From positions 33,358,001 to 33,422,000 of the forward strand of contig OZ249436.1 in assembly GCA_965235115.1 (NCBI GenBank): DNA of 64,000 bases. Direction: 5' to 3'. The DNA is from Laetmonice hystrix. Lineage: Eukaryota. A program made the position numbers and the translations under genes. The notes beneath the pieces were generated by a model. The model was not told the origin of the DNA, ran no database searches, and worked only from the letters and a program-made list of their open reading frames with translations. Of the stretch, positions 37,181-50,864 are shown piece by piece (the stretch's first letter is position 1; every line of letters begins with the position of its first letter).

Positions 37181-40100
37181 TATAGAATAAACACAGATGG
37201 GTTATTTTACTGCTATTAATCTTATGGGTTGACGGTAAATAATCAGATCTTTATATAAAATTTAAATCAAGAGTGGTGTGGTATTGGTAGGCATTGGTCC
37301 GTATTGCAGTGGGGAGTACCCTTCGTCAGAGATAATAGATTTTCAGCATGTGCACGAGCAAAAGCGAAACCAGGTTGCAAATGTACTTGATTATTATGAC
37401 ATGCATTGCAATTGTGCATGAATGAATGCATTACAGATGAGGAGTGGGGAGTTATCTATTTCAAGAGTCGGAATAGAATCACTGTTTTTCAATAGATTCA
37501 CAACTGTGTAAACTTCCTTACAACTGCATGCAGTAGTGCTCCTATTTGATTGACGACAGCCTCGAAATTTGCCCCCTAATATATACTTATCTCTAAGAAT
37601 TTTCCCCCTTAAGCTACGATATAGGAAATGTCCCGGGTTTCAAATCCCATTAAATACAGTTTTAACTCTATAGTATTTAGAATGTTAACGACATCCATGT
37701 TATGGCAAAGCAGTAGGACAGATGCAACAGGCGTTTATTTATACCTCCATTTTATAATTTATCAGAATTTAATTTGAGAAAATGTTGCCTTGGACAACGT
37801 GTCTCCTGAAGAACGTCCTACGTCCTACGTCCCACTCCAAGGCCACGGACAGAGGAAATGGGACCATGCAGCCAATGGAAGCCCGGTTGACAGGGAGACA
37901 CTATACCAGCAGCTAATATGAGAGTGTCAACATTCCTGAACGATACTTGTAATCTATCAGCGTCCTCAGTGGGGTTCGGGGTTCGGTCCCGGATGACGTC
38001 ACCTCCCTGCAGGTCGTCGTGTCCGTACCTCCCGCCAGGGGTCGGAGCCGGACAAAGTGCGGGGAGGATTCAGACGGTAACGCGATCACTCCCAACTTAG
38101 CCATCCCCTACCCCTCGCCGGACAACGCTCAGTCAACACTAGATAGACTTATGATGACTGATAAGAGGACCGGGCTTTCAATTAGATGGCAGTATAGCGT
38201 GGTCAGCGAGAGGTATTACGATTGATTGCCGACTTGACGACGGCTAGGATTTCACCGACCACAATGTGATGTATGTCTGACTGCAGCAATCGGATCCAAT
38301 AATCTTGCTTGCTGAATTCATCACGTGGGACATCTAAACTACGCCAGGAGTTGGAGGGGGAGCCTTGGGTTGTCAATAAACATACGTGAGCTCAGCGGAT
38401 GTGCAACTATGAAAGGCGTTGATCTAGAACAGGGTGCAGTTTATCTAAACTTAGGTTATTAAAGGAATAATGTCAATTATTTCATATAGATTTTACAAAT
38501 TGGGGAAAATACTGCTTGTATATAGTCTGGTAATTATGTTCCATAGCACTGCTTACTTGCCTGATTGGATTTCGTGAATATGTTTTTAAAATATTTAAAA
38601 AAACAGCAAATTTGGAATGACGCGTGTCTTTTTAGCTGGGCGACTTTACACCCTTTTCACAGAACGCGATAGTCGCAATCACGTGATCATCTCACCCGTT
38701 GCAACGCTATGTCTGCAGGTCAGACATTCCATGGCGGAAAGTAGCGTTGTTTTTGAGTGTTCCCGACAAGAAATGTGGAATGTGAAGATGACAGTGCATG
38801 TCGCTGCTGTCTGTTTACAATACATACGTATATTAAACCTAGGAAGTATCCTCGGGACAGAAGGTGCATAGATTTTGACGAGGTAAGCGTGAAACCAGGT
38901 CGAACTGGCTTCCCGGAACGCTCAACCAGGGTGACATGATTCCTTTAAGCTTATGAAGTTTCCCACTATTGATTGGTTGGTCTGAAGTCTAAAGTTCCGA
39001 TTAGATGCTCTCCGATTGTTACTGTTGGGATTAATCTCACTGGTGTCTCAGGACGAAGGAATCCATGTTAAGAATGTCACTTTTATCGGTATTAGATATC
39101 GATATCGGATAGAGTTTCTGATCCCGAAGGAAATAACTAAAACTTTGTCGCTGTGTCAGCGTCATATCCCACTCCACACATGAATGAAGCATACACAGAT
39201 ATGTTAGAGCTATGAGATTGAATCAAAATGCAGATTTCTTAGCATCTTACAGCTGCCTAGGATTTAGTGATAGTGCATAGCCAGAATTCGGGCAATAAAT
39301 TGACACGATGCCTGTTTTGTTGTAAGCCTGGTCCTCTGAAGCAGTATCAGAAGTAGATCGTACTGAACTGTTGGGTACTTATCCTTTCACTTTGATAAAA
39401 TTTCAGTCACTGCTTCAAAGGAGAATGGTATAGAAAAGTGATGGAGATATGTTGGAATAGACGAGGTATATTTATGTTGGTCTCAGGGCCTGAGGGCCAC
39501 TGACACTGCCTGCTCAGGCCATGCCCCATTTATTCTGCCAGGAACGATCATGGGGAAGAAGGGGTATATAATTATACTGTACAGCCTTTTCACAGAACTG
39601 ATCACAACCAGCAAGAGAAACATTGTGCGTGTCGTATAAGTGAGTTAGCCAAAGTGCGCCCATAAAGTGTACACGGAGCAACAGGATTACATGTTATCGG
39701 CGGGAAGTTGACTTGGCAGAATTTAAACAGCAGTCGTTATGCTGCATGTTGAATGTGTGCCTGGGGCTGGTACACACGGGACGGGGGCGTGAGAAAGACG
39801 CTTGATGGCGCCCAGCCGGGATGGCTGCCGGCCGCGGGGATTTGTATCTTCTGATGTGATAGTCTCGGCAGCATACTGGGAGACCGTAATCACCAGCCTA
39901 CTGTGGTCACTTGTGGGCCATCGTCGGCCATGTTTACATATCTGTGTCCTAATAACAGGCTGGATCAGAGGACAGCAATGACTTGCAGGGAGAGGTGGGG
40001 AGGGACATGTTGGGGAATCATCGAAACTAAGGGGTTCTCAGTGTCTTGGGTAGATTTCTTAAATCAAGGGCAGGGGTTTCCCTTAAAGATTTTTTAAAAC

Positions 40101-43100
40101 TCGGTGCTATATATAAGAGTTGCTCGGATCATAGCCTTAACAAAATGTCTGCGTTGTTAGGCTTCCTGGCGCTGTTAGGACTTATTTGTAAGTGTGATGC
40201 TCTGTGGCTTGAGCACCTTGACTTCTTTCATTGATCATGCGAGGTGAGGGTATAGCATTGACTGCTGATGGGAGTGGTCTTTTATTTCTTTATTCAACCC
40301 ATTCCGCATTAATAGGAAGGTTTGGGAATCTTGTCTCACTGGATTCTGTTTTCTATATAAGAAACATGGCTGGCTACGGTTCCTCTGCTGGAGGTACCAT
40401 AAGGCGTAAGTTAGCTCGGGTTCTTTTATCAGAATAATGAAGAATATCTGAACGCCACAGCTGATCATTCGTAAGAATATCAAAAAGGCACTAGGTGATG
40501 ATCAATCGTAATATATCGGATCAACTTAAATTATGTTGTTCTTGTTGGTGAAGAAATACCAGACTCATTAGGTTTTTCTACCAGAGCCTAGAGAACAAAG
40601 CATTCCACGGTGGTTGTCAGTGTCAACTATGAAACGAGTCATTAGTAATAATGTTATCCAACATATATGGATTTCGTGTTCTGTTAATGCCTGTTGGCCC
40701 CACGGAGTTAGACAGACGACGGTTTTCATTCATGTCACACAGATGAATATAACCCAGTGGGATATTCTATCGATTGCAGCTGGAATAGCAGGAGCTTTGG
40801 TATAGTTACCAGCTTTCTTGCTGGTCCATGAGACAGAAACAGTCGGAGAAACAGGAAACCAAACCACTTAGCAGGAATTCAAACGTGCATAATTAGCGGG
40901 GACTATTGTAAAGAAGTTGGAATATCATGTGCAATACACCTAAGATGCTAGTCTTAACATTTCGTTGTGCCCCATTCAATAGAAGGGGGCGTTTTCAAGT
41001 GGATATTATGATGGCCCAAAAGAGCAAACGATCAAAAAGAACAAGCTGATTTGAGCCAGTGACATGGCATGTCGCCCGAGTCTAGTTGTCCGCAAATGCT
41101 TCCATTCAAAAAGGTAAAGGATTACACAAAGAATAGTCTTAAAGAGGGGCACATTCTGAATCCTTTAAATTTAAATTTTGCGAATAGGTCCATTAGAGCC
41201 ATCGTACAGAAGTGCGTTCGCTACCCTTCGCTGAGCCCTGTGCTCAACCCTGGGAGAGAGAGAGAGTGGTTGCGATGATAATGGGAATCTCCAACATGGG
41301 ATTGGTAACGTCAGAAATAATGCTCTTAAGCTATTTAAAACCCCCGTTTTATAATGTTGGACCGATGATGGCATTTCATTACTAATTATGATTTATTTCA
41401 ATGTTATCGACATGCCCCAAAATGTGCACATCCCCTAAGGAACAGAGCATCCTAACCTCAACATCAGGGTTACATACATAGCAATGTATGATAGCAGTTC
41501 CATCCGTATGAAACAAACACGGTCACATAGTCCCAACTAAATGTTTATTCGTGATATAAAAGGAGAACAGAACAGAGCAAAACTCTAAATAAGCCTACTA
41601 ATAATAAATAATTTCCCATTATTTCCGATTTCAGTCTGCAGTCCTTTGATCTGGAGTACCGTTAGCGTCTCAGAATTCCTCAGAATTTTTTCAAAGCCAG
41701 AGAAGAATTTGGTGTCCCCAGGTGTCTAACTTTTAATGCTAAAAGGGTGTGCAACTCACTTTGCAACTACTGTACCAGGTTACTTTTTGAATCATTGTTC
41801 TACACATCCGGAAGCTAGATGTATGTTATTGAAGTGTAGAGAGACTCAGGAATAAATGTGATTCAGTAAATCCGGGTCAGCTATCCGCTAGGGAAAGCTC
41901 CGTCCCGAAATGGATAATGGCACTGTCTTTGACTCATTGACGGAGGCCGGCAAGAGGCATTAGCATCCTCCAACAATTTTACCTGCTCAGCATCCCGAGT
42001 GATGGCTAGACACCTAAGCAGAGTAAAATTAATGTTCGATTGTCTAAAGTCGTGTCTTAAGTTTATTTTTATTTTCTCGATCCCAACCAGAGATGACGGG
42101 ACGTTAAAAAAAGAATTTTTATAGATTCTACGACACATGTAAAACACGTATAAACTTGTCGAGAATGTTCCTTGTATAGACACACCGTTTGTCAAGATTA
42201 CATTTTGTTGTTTAGTTTGGTGTATTACCAGGGGTAGTGTATTGATTAAACTTCCCATGCTGTCTGCCCTCCAACCTCCGAGACCATACGTCGGAGTCGA
42301 CGTGTCAGGACAGTGACGTAGGTAGAGACCGGTGACGTTGCGTCTTTGACGCATCCTCTATCATGTACGCCCTGCGCCGTACGGGTCAAGGCCTGCCCCA
42401 CCCCCTCACCTGCCACTGCTGGCCGCTCAAAACGGACTCGGAGGCATTTATTGACGGACAACGTCAAATCAAGGCTGAGGTCGGGACGTGTCGTTGCCAC
42501 AATAGGGGGAGTGAATCGAAGAAATGCAAAGAAAAAAAGGGTGCTAGCATCTAATTTTGAATTCCAACCAGTTATGCTGATCTAAGTTCGAGGGATGAGA
42601 GTAGCATTGTAATGAATTTGTTTTCTCTTTATTTATCTCTAAAGAACGATGATTGCAAACTAAATAAAATAATAACTTTTTCGTGAGGCATTGCCAGGGT
42701 TGGGGTCGAATACAACTTTTCAGATACAAATCAATACAAATACAGTATTTATTTAAAATTCCAAATAAGGCAAATATTGTATTTAAATGCTCAAATACAA
42801 TTATTTTGTCTTAAAATACAAATAAATACAAATATTTTAGGTTTTGGTCGCCAACAATAAAATATTGTACAAATATTTTCGTCCATTTTTGTTTCAAAAA
42901 ATCGAATGTTAAACATCAAGTTTTAAATTCATATAGCTGCCGACTAAGTGACAGCTAGTTTGAAGATCTTATGTTTTTAAGATGCAATAACGCTAAGATA
43001 TGTGATATACCACTACGTCAAGTGTACCTTAGAAGACAACCTTGTGTGATTTTATATAAAGGTAGCCATTATTTATTTAAGTCGTTTGAGACAATACCAT

Positions 43101-43374
43101 TATTTATGTGATTGTTAAAGACCATCTACTTATACTGGAAGATGGCTATTTAATGCCAAATACAAGGACAATTATACGTATTTAACCCGAACCCTGGGCA
43201 TTGCGTGATGTTTTTTCCTGGTATGTTTAATATTTTCACATTGTTGCAGTCAGGATGATTCGTTAAACCAAGGTTATCCGTGACATCATAAGTTTACAAG
43301 GAGAGCGAGTGAAGGGTTATCGAGGAAAACGAGGCGGATACGCCATCATAATCAGCCAGCCTACAGTAACACAA
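37181..43374 (+). repeat. Tandem segmental duplication, copy 1 (6.2 kb)
   Basis: Near-identical to 43378-48794; the same ORFs recur at offset ~6198 in the track. Confidence 0.95.
42695..43196. mobile_element. hAT MITE with 8-bp TSD (copy 1)
   Basis: TIR CAGGGTTSGG; TSD GGCATTGC on both sides; AAATAC subrepeats. Confidence 0.85.
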
Positions 43375-43377
43375 GAA

Positions 43378-46300
43378 TATAGAATAAACACAGATGGGTT
43401 ATTTTACTGCTATTAATCTTATGGGTTGACGGTAAATAATCAGATCTTTATATAAAATTTAAATCAAGAGTGGTGTGGTATTGGTAGGCATTGGTCCGTA
43501 TTGCAGTGGGGAGTACCCTATCGTCAGAGATAATAGATTTTCAGCATGTGCACGAGCAAAAGCGAAACCAGGTTGCAAATGTACTTGATTATTATGACAT
43601 GCATTGCAATTGTGCATGAATGAATGCATTACAGATGAGGAGTGGGGAGTTATCTATTTCAAGAGTCGGAATAGAATCACTGTTTTTCAATAGATTCGCA
43701 ACTGTGTAAACTTCCTTACAACTGCATGCAGTAGTGCTCCTATTTGATTGACGACAGCCTCGAAATTTGCCCCCTAATATATACTTATCTCTAAGAATTT
43801 TCCCCCTTAAGCTACGATATAGGAAATGTCCCGGGTTTCAAATCCCATTAAATACAGTTTTAACTCTATAGTATTTAGAATGTTAACGACATCCATGTTA
43901 TGGCAAAGCAGTAGGACAGATGCAACAGGCGTTTATTTATACCTCCATTTTATAATTTATCAGAATTTAATTTGAGAAAATGTTGCCTTGGACAACGTGT
44001 CTCCTGAAGAACGTCCTACGTCCTACGTCCCACTCCAAGGCCACGGACAGAGGAAATGGGACCATGCAGCTAATGGAAGCCCGGTTGACAGGGAGACACT
44101 ATACCAGCAGCTAATATGAGAGTGTCAACATTCCTAAACGATACTTGTAATCTATCAGCGTCCTCAGTGGGGTTCGGGGTTCGGTCCCGGATGACGTCAC
44201 CTCCCTGCAGGTCGTCGTGTCCGTACCTCCCGCCAGGGGTCGGAGCCGGACAAAGTGCGGGGAGGATTCAGACGGTAACGCGATCACTCCCAACTTAGCT
44301 ATCCCCTACCCCTCGCCGGACAACGCTCAGTCAACACTAGATAGACTTATGATGACTGATAAGAGGACCGGGCTTTCAATTAGATGGCAGTATAGCGTGG
44401 TCAGCGAGAGGTATTACGATTGATTGCCGACTTGACGACGGCTAGGATTTCACCGACCACAATGTGATGTATGTCTGACTGCAGCAATCGGATCCAATAA
44501 TCTTGCTTGCTGAATTCATCACGTGGGACATCTAAACTACGCCAGGAGTTGGAGGGGGAGCCTTGGGTTGTCAATAAACATACGTGAGCTCAGCGGATGT
44601 GCAACTATGAAAGGCGTTGATCTAGAACAGGGTGCAGTTTATCTAAACTTAGGTTATTAAAGGAATAATGTCAATTATTTCATATAGATTTTACAAATTG
44701 GGGAAAATACTGCTTGTATATAGTCTGGTAATTATGTTCCATAGCACTGCTTACTTGCCTGATTGGATTTCGTGAATATGTTTTTAAAATATTTAAAAAA
44801 ACAGCAAATTTGGAATGACGCGTGTCTTTTTAGCTGGGCGACTTTACACCCTTTTCACAGAACGCGATAGTCGCAATCACGTGATCATCTCACCCGTTGC
44901 AACGCTATGTCTGCAGGTCAGACATTCCATGGCGGAAAGTAGCGTTGTTTTTGAGTGTTCCCGACAAGAAATGTGGAATGTGAAGATGACAGTGCATGTC
45001 GCTGCTGTCTGTTTACAATACATACGTATATTAAACCTAGGAAGTATCCTCGGGACAGAAGGTGCATAGATTTTGACGAGGTAAGCGTGAAACCAGGTCG
45101 AACTGGCTTCCCGGAACGCTCAACCAGGGTGACATGATTCCTTTAAGCTTATGAAGTTTCCCACTATTGATTGGTTGGTCTGAAGTCTAAAGTTCCGATT
45201 AGATGCTCTCCGATTGTTACTGTTGGGATTAATCTCACTGGTGTCTCAGGACGAAGGAATCCATGTTAAGAATGTCACTTTTATCGGTATTAGATATCGA
45301 TATCGGATAGAGTTTCTGATCCCGAAGGAAATAACTAAAACTTTGTCGCTGTGTCAGCGTCATATCCCACTCCACACATGAATGAAGCATACACAATTAT
45401 GTTAGAGCTATGAGATTGAATCAAAATGCAGATTTCTTAGCATCTTACAGCTGCCTAGGATTTAGTGATAGTGCGTAGCCAGAATTCGGGCAATAAATTG
45501 ATACGATGCCTGTTTTGTTGTAAGCCTGGTCCCCTGAAGCAGTATCAGAAGTAGATCGTACTGAACTGTTGGGTACTTATCCTTTCACTTTGATAAAATT
45601 TCAGTCACTGCTTCAAAGGAGAATGGTATAGAAAAGTGATGGAGATATGTTGGAATAGACGAGGTGTATTTATGTTGGTCTCAGGGCCTGAGGGCCACTG
45701 ACACTGCCTGCTCAGGCCATGCCCCATTTATTCTCCCAGGAACGATCATGGGGAAGAAGGGGTATATAATTATACTGTACAGCCTTTTCACAGAACTGAT
45801 CACGACCAGCAAGAGAAACATTGTGCGTGTCGTATAAGTGAGTTAGCCAAAGTGCGCCCATAAAGTGTACACGGAGCAACAGGATTACATGTTATCGGCG
45901 GGAAGTTGACTTGGCAGAATTTAAACAGCAGTCGTTATGCTGCATGTTGAATGTGTGCCTGGGGCTGGTACACACGGGACGGGGGCGTGAGAAAGACGCT
46001 TGATGGCGTGAATACAAAGTATTCACCGGTGGTTGTCAGTGTCAACTATGAAACGAGTCATTAGTAATAATGTTATCCAACATATATGGATTTCGTGTTC
46101 TGTTAATGCCTGTTGGCCCCACCGAGTTAGACAGACGACGGTTTTATTCATGTCACACAGATGAATATAACCCAGTGGGATATTCTATCGATTGCAGCTG
46201 GAATAGCAGGAGCTTTGGTATAGTTACCAGCTTTCTTGCTGGTCCATGAGACAGAAACAGTCGGAGAAACAGGAAACCAAACCACTTAGCAGGAATTCAA

Positions 46301-48794
46301 ACGTGCATAATTAGCGGGGACTATTGTAAAGAAGTTGGAATATCATGTGCAATACACCTAAGATGCTAGTCTTAACATTTCGTTGTGCCCCATTCAATAG
46401 AAGGGGGCGTTTTCAAGTGGATATTATGATGGCCCAAAAGAGCAAACGATCAAAAAGAACAAGCTGATTTGAGCCAGTGACATGGCATGTTGCCCGAGTC
46501 TAGTTGTCCGCAAATGCTTCCATTCAAAAAGGTAAAGGATTACACAAAGAATAGTCTTAAAGAGGGGCACATTCTGAATCCTTTAAATTTAAATTTTGCG
46601 AATAGGTCCATTAGAGCCATCGTACAGAAGTGCGTTCGCTACCCTTCGCTGAGCCCCGTGCTCAACCCTGGGAGAGAGAGAGTGGTTGCGATGATAATGG
46701 GAATCTCCAACATGGGATTGGTAACGTCAGAAATAATGCTCTTAAGCTATTTAAAACCCCCGTTTTATAATGTTGGACGGATGATGGCATTTCATTACTA
46801 ATTATGATTTATTTCAATGTTATCGACATGCCCCAAAATGTGCACATCCCCTAAGGAACAGAGCATCCTAACCTCAACATCAGGGTTACATACATAGCAA
46901 TGTATGATAGCAGTTCCATCCGTATGAAACAAACACGGTCACATAGTCCCAACTAAATGTTTCTTCGTGATATAAAAGGAGAACAGAACAGAGCCAAACT
47001 CTAAATAAGCCTACTAATAATAAATAATTTCCCATTATTTCCGATTTCAGTCTGCAGTCCTTTGATCTGGAGTACCGTTAGCGTCTCAGAATTCCTCAGA
47101 ATTTTTTCAAAGCCAGAGAAGAATTTGGTGTCCCCAGGTGTCTAACTTTTAATGCTAAAAGGGTGTGCAACTCACTTTGCAACTACTGTACCAGGTTACT
47201 TTTTGAATCATTGTTCTACACATCCGGAAGCTAGATGTATGTTATTGAAGTGTAGAGAGACTCAGGAATAAATGTGATTCAGTAAATCCGGGTCAGCTAT
47301 CCGCTAGGGAAAGCTCCGTCCCGAAATGGATAATGGCACTGTCTTTGACTCATTGACGGAGGCCGGCAAGAGGCATTAGCATCCTCCAACAATTTTACCT
47401 GCTCAGCATCTCAAGTGACGGCTAGACACCTAAGCAGAGTAAAATTAATGTTCGATTGTCTAAAGTCGTGTCTTAAGTTTATTTTTATTTTCTCGATCCC
47501 AACCAGAGATGACGGGACGTTAAAAGAAGAATTTTTATAGATTCTACGACACATGTAAAACACGTATAAACTTGTCTAGAATGTTCCTTTTATAGACACA
47601 CCGTTTGTCAAGATTCCATTTTGTTGTTTAGTTTGGTGTATTACCAGGGGTAGTGTATTGATTAAACTTCCCATGCTGTCTGCCCTCCAACCTCCGAGAC
47701 CATACGTCGGAGTCGACGTGTCAGGACAGTGACGTAGGTAGAGACCGGTGACGTTGCGTCTTTGACGCGTCCTCTATCATGTACGCCCTGCGCCGTACGG
47801 GTCAAGGCCTGCCCCACCTCCTCACCTGCCACTGCTGGCCGCTCAAAACGGACTCGGAGGCATTTATTGACGGACAACGTCAAATCAAGGCTGAGGTCGG
47901 GACGTGTCGTTGCCACAATAGGGGGAGTGAATCGAAGAAATGCAAAAAAAAAGGGGTGCTAGCATCTAATTTTGAATTCCAACCAGTTATGCTGATCTAA
48001 GTTCGAGGGATGAGAGTAGCATTGTAATGAATTTGTTTTCTCTTTATTCATCTCTAAAGAATGATGATTGTACATGCAAACTAAATTTAAGATAATAACT
48101 TCATTTTCGGGAGGCATTGCCAGGGTTGGGGTGGAATACAACTTTTCAGATACAAATCAATATACAAATGTACAGTATTTATTTAAAATTCCAAATAAGG
48201 CAAATATTGTATTTCAATTTTCAAATACAAATATTTTGTCTTCAAATACAAATAAATACAAATATTTTAGGTTTTGGTCGCCAACAATAAAATATTGTAC
48301 AAATATTTTCGCCTATTTTTGTTTAAAAAAATCGAATGATAAACATCAAGTTTTAAATTCATATAGCTGCCGACTAAGTGACAGCTAGTTTGAGCATCTT
48401 ATGTTTTGAAGGTGCAATAACGCTAAGATATGTGATGTACCACTACGTCAAGTGTGCCTAAGACAACCTTGTGTGATTTTATGTAAAGGTAGCCATTAAA
48501 AGTCGTTTGAGACAATACCATTATTTATGTTATCGTTAAAGACCATCTACTTATACTGGTTGATAGCGTATTTAATGCCAAATACAAAGACAGTTACGTA
48601 TTTGACCCGAACCCTGGGTATTGCGTGATGTTTTTTCCTGGTATGTTTAATATTTTCACATTGTTGCAGTCAGGATGATTCGTTAAACCAAGGTTATCCG
48701 TGACATCATAAGTTTACAAGGAGAGCGAGTGAAGGGTTATCGAGGAAAACGAGGCGGGTACGCCATCATAATCAGCCAGCCTACAGTAACACAA
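43378..48794 (+). repeat. Tandem segmental duplication, copy 2 (5.4 kb; lacks ~39811-40590 of copy 1)
   Basis: Head-to-tail junction ...TAACACAA-GAA-TATAGAATAA...; indel junction near 46008. Confidence 0.95.
48121..48616. mobile_element. hAT MITE with 8-bp TSD (duplicated copy)
   Basis: Same TIR; TSD GGCATTGC / GGTATTGC. Confidence 0.85.
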
Positions 48795-49445
48795 AAACTC
48801 CGCTCCTTGTCAAGGGAAACTTTAATTTATGTGATCTAGCATGTGCATGATTGAGATAAGAAAGTATCTGGTTGAAATTAGGTGATACGGAGTCTCGCCG
48901 TTCTTGGAAGTGTGCGAATTACTTCGATATACGATATGGCAATAGAGGGCTACTCGGTGTGCACAGGGATAATAGCATAGGCCACATGCCATGTGGCCCC
49001 ATTGTCACTTCAGTAAAGTGGTAAACTATGTTTATTAGCTGCTTGCGAGATATGGCTAGTGATAAAATGTATGGAAAGCCAAATACCATGTATATTTCCA
49101 GCATGATTTTAAATTATCTGGCGTTCTTTGTAGTTCTCATTAAAGATAAAATTAATTCAACACAACCATTTTCATCTTTGATAATAATTGAGTAATGAGG
49201 ACATTTCTTCAAAGATCTTTTTGTGACAATTAATTTGAGAATACAGAATTTATTGTGAGGAAATAACTAAGGGCATTGCGCTGCTTTCGTAATGTTAGTA
49301 AGATCGAGGCAACACTGAATTCCTTTTAGGTAAAATTTTAAAAAAGAGAACGCACAGATGTGTGTTGTTAATAAAATCGATCCTTGTAATGTACCCTCGA
49401 TACTGACTAAAATGGATGACCTTTTATTATAAGTTTGAGGGTGCC

Positions 49446-50864
49446 TTTTTATTACCCCTTTGAGGTGAACGGAGCAATCTGATTGGCTGAAGCTACTGTG
49501 CTGATCAATCTCTCCCAGGGTTCACCGCGCGGGCGGATTTCACCTCTGTGGACATCTAAACAAAATGCACAAAATTTGAACATTCGATGTTCCCACCAAT
49601 ATCATCTAGAAATTAGTATCAGTCATTTTTCTGTTTGTCCCCGACTTTACAGAGCAATGACACACATGTCATGTCATGGACTCTTTGCATGGAATTTTGA
49701 CTGATAACTGAGGAACTCTATCTTCGGACGGGTATTACTGGGGTATGTAATAAGGTCAGTGAACAAGTCGTGTAAATATACATTCGCCGGTTGTCAAGAT
49801 TACGAGGGTACGAAATTGTAACGTCACAAACTTTGCCGATCTCCGGCGATGACAGTGCTTGGTTACGAAAGGAGGGACCTTCCTAAACAATTCTAAGTCT
49901 GTGACATTGTTTGGTTCAATATTTTATTCCCTTATGTCAAGTTTCGACGTCCGTCCTTGTGTATTTTAGGAGTTAGGGGCGTTTGAACTGCCAAAGCGAA
50001 GCACCGTCCGCCATTATATTTAGGCCCCGTTATGATCACATTCCATTGTGACCCATTGTGACGTAGCGCTATTGTGAATTGTTCCTGACGTCGCTGACAT
50101 TGACAACGTGCCACACGTGCTCGTTGTTGCCCTGGTTATTGTCTAAAAAGATAGTCCCGGTTAGATGTCAACAGAGGTGAAATCCGCGCCATCGTCCCCG
50201 GCGCGGTGAACCCTGGGAGAGATTGCTGTGCTGATACGGAATCCGTATCAGCACAGTTCTAAATGAAGCACATTGATTGGTTAGGGAGGCGTGTGATACG
50301 GATATTCGAAATCCTGTATCAGTCGCCTTCACTGACCCAGATACACCTTGACCGAGTTTTATGACCAATCAGTGGCGAGTATTTCATTGAGGGGGCGTGG
50401 CCTAATTCAGACCGTCTTCGCCGAAAACTGGGCCAGCACCTCGATAATTCTCAAGAACACTGAATTAAACTGACTCAGCAGTCCTCGGAACTCTGACTCA
50501 ACTCGTTCTCAACGTTTTTTATGCATAATTCAAAAGTTCTCAAGCTTAGCAAACTTTCGTACGTCTTGAAATACATGTTTTAGTCGATCTAGCGGAGCAG
50601 CTCGGTGGACAGTTTCCTCTCTACAAAGTTTAAGTTACGTCACTGATAACAAACGACGACGTCACAAATAACAAACGATGATGACATTTGTTGCCTAGCG
50701 CATAGATCGATTTTGAACAAACGACGACGTCACAAATAACAAACAACGGTCACGTTTGTTGCTTCAAGTAGATCGTAGACCTAGTATGGTTTTTCCTCTT
50801 GATCGTGCCAAAATGTTATTTCTTAGATGCATAATATCCGTTACATTGTAGAAAGGGGTAATAA
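49446..50864 (-). mobile_element. Inverted, diverged copy of the core of the palindromic-TIR element, interrupted by a 720-bp insertion
   Basis: 50226-50864 and 49446-49505 are reverse complements of ~51034-51709; both ends are TTTATTACCCCTT. Confidence 0.85.
49506..50225. mobile_element. 720-bp non-autonomous TIR element with 10-bp TSD
   Basis: TIR CAATCTCTCCCAGGGTTCACCGCGC...GATTTCACCTCTGT.GACATCTAA; TSD CTGTGCTGAT at 49496-49505 and 50226-50235. Confidence 0.85.
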
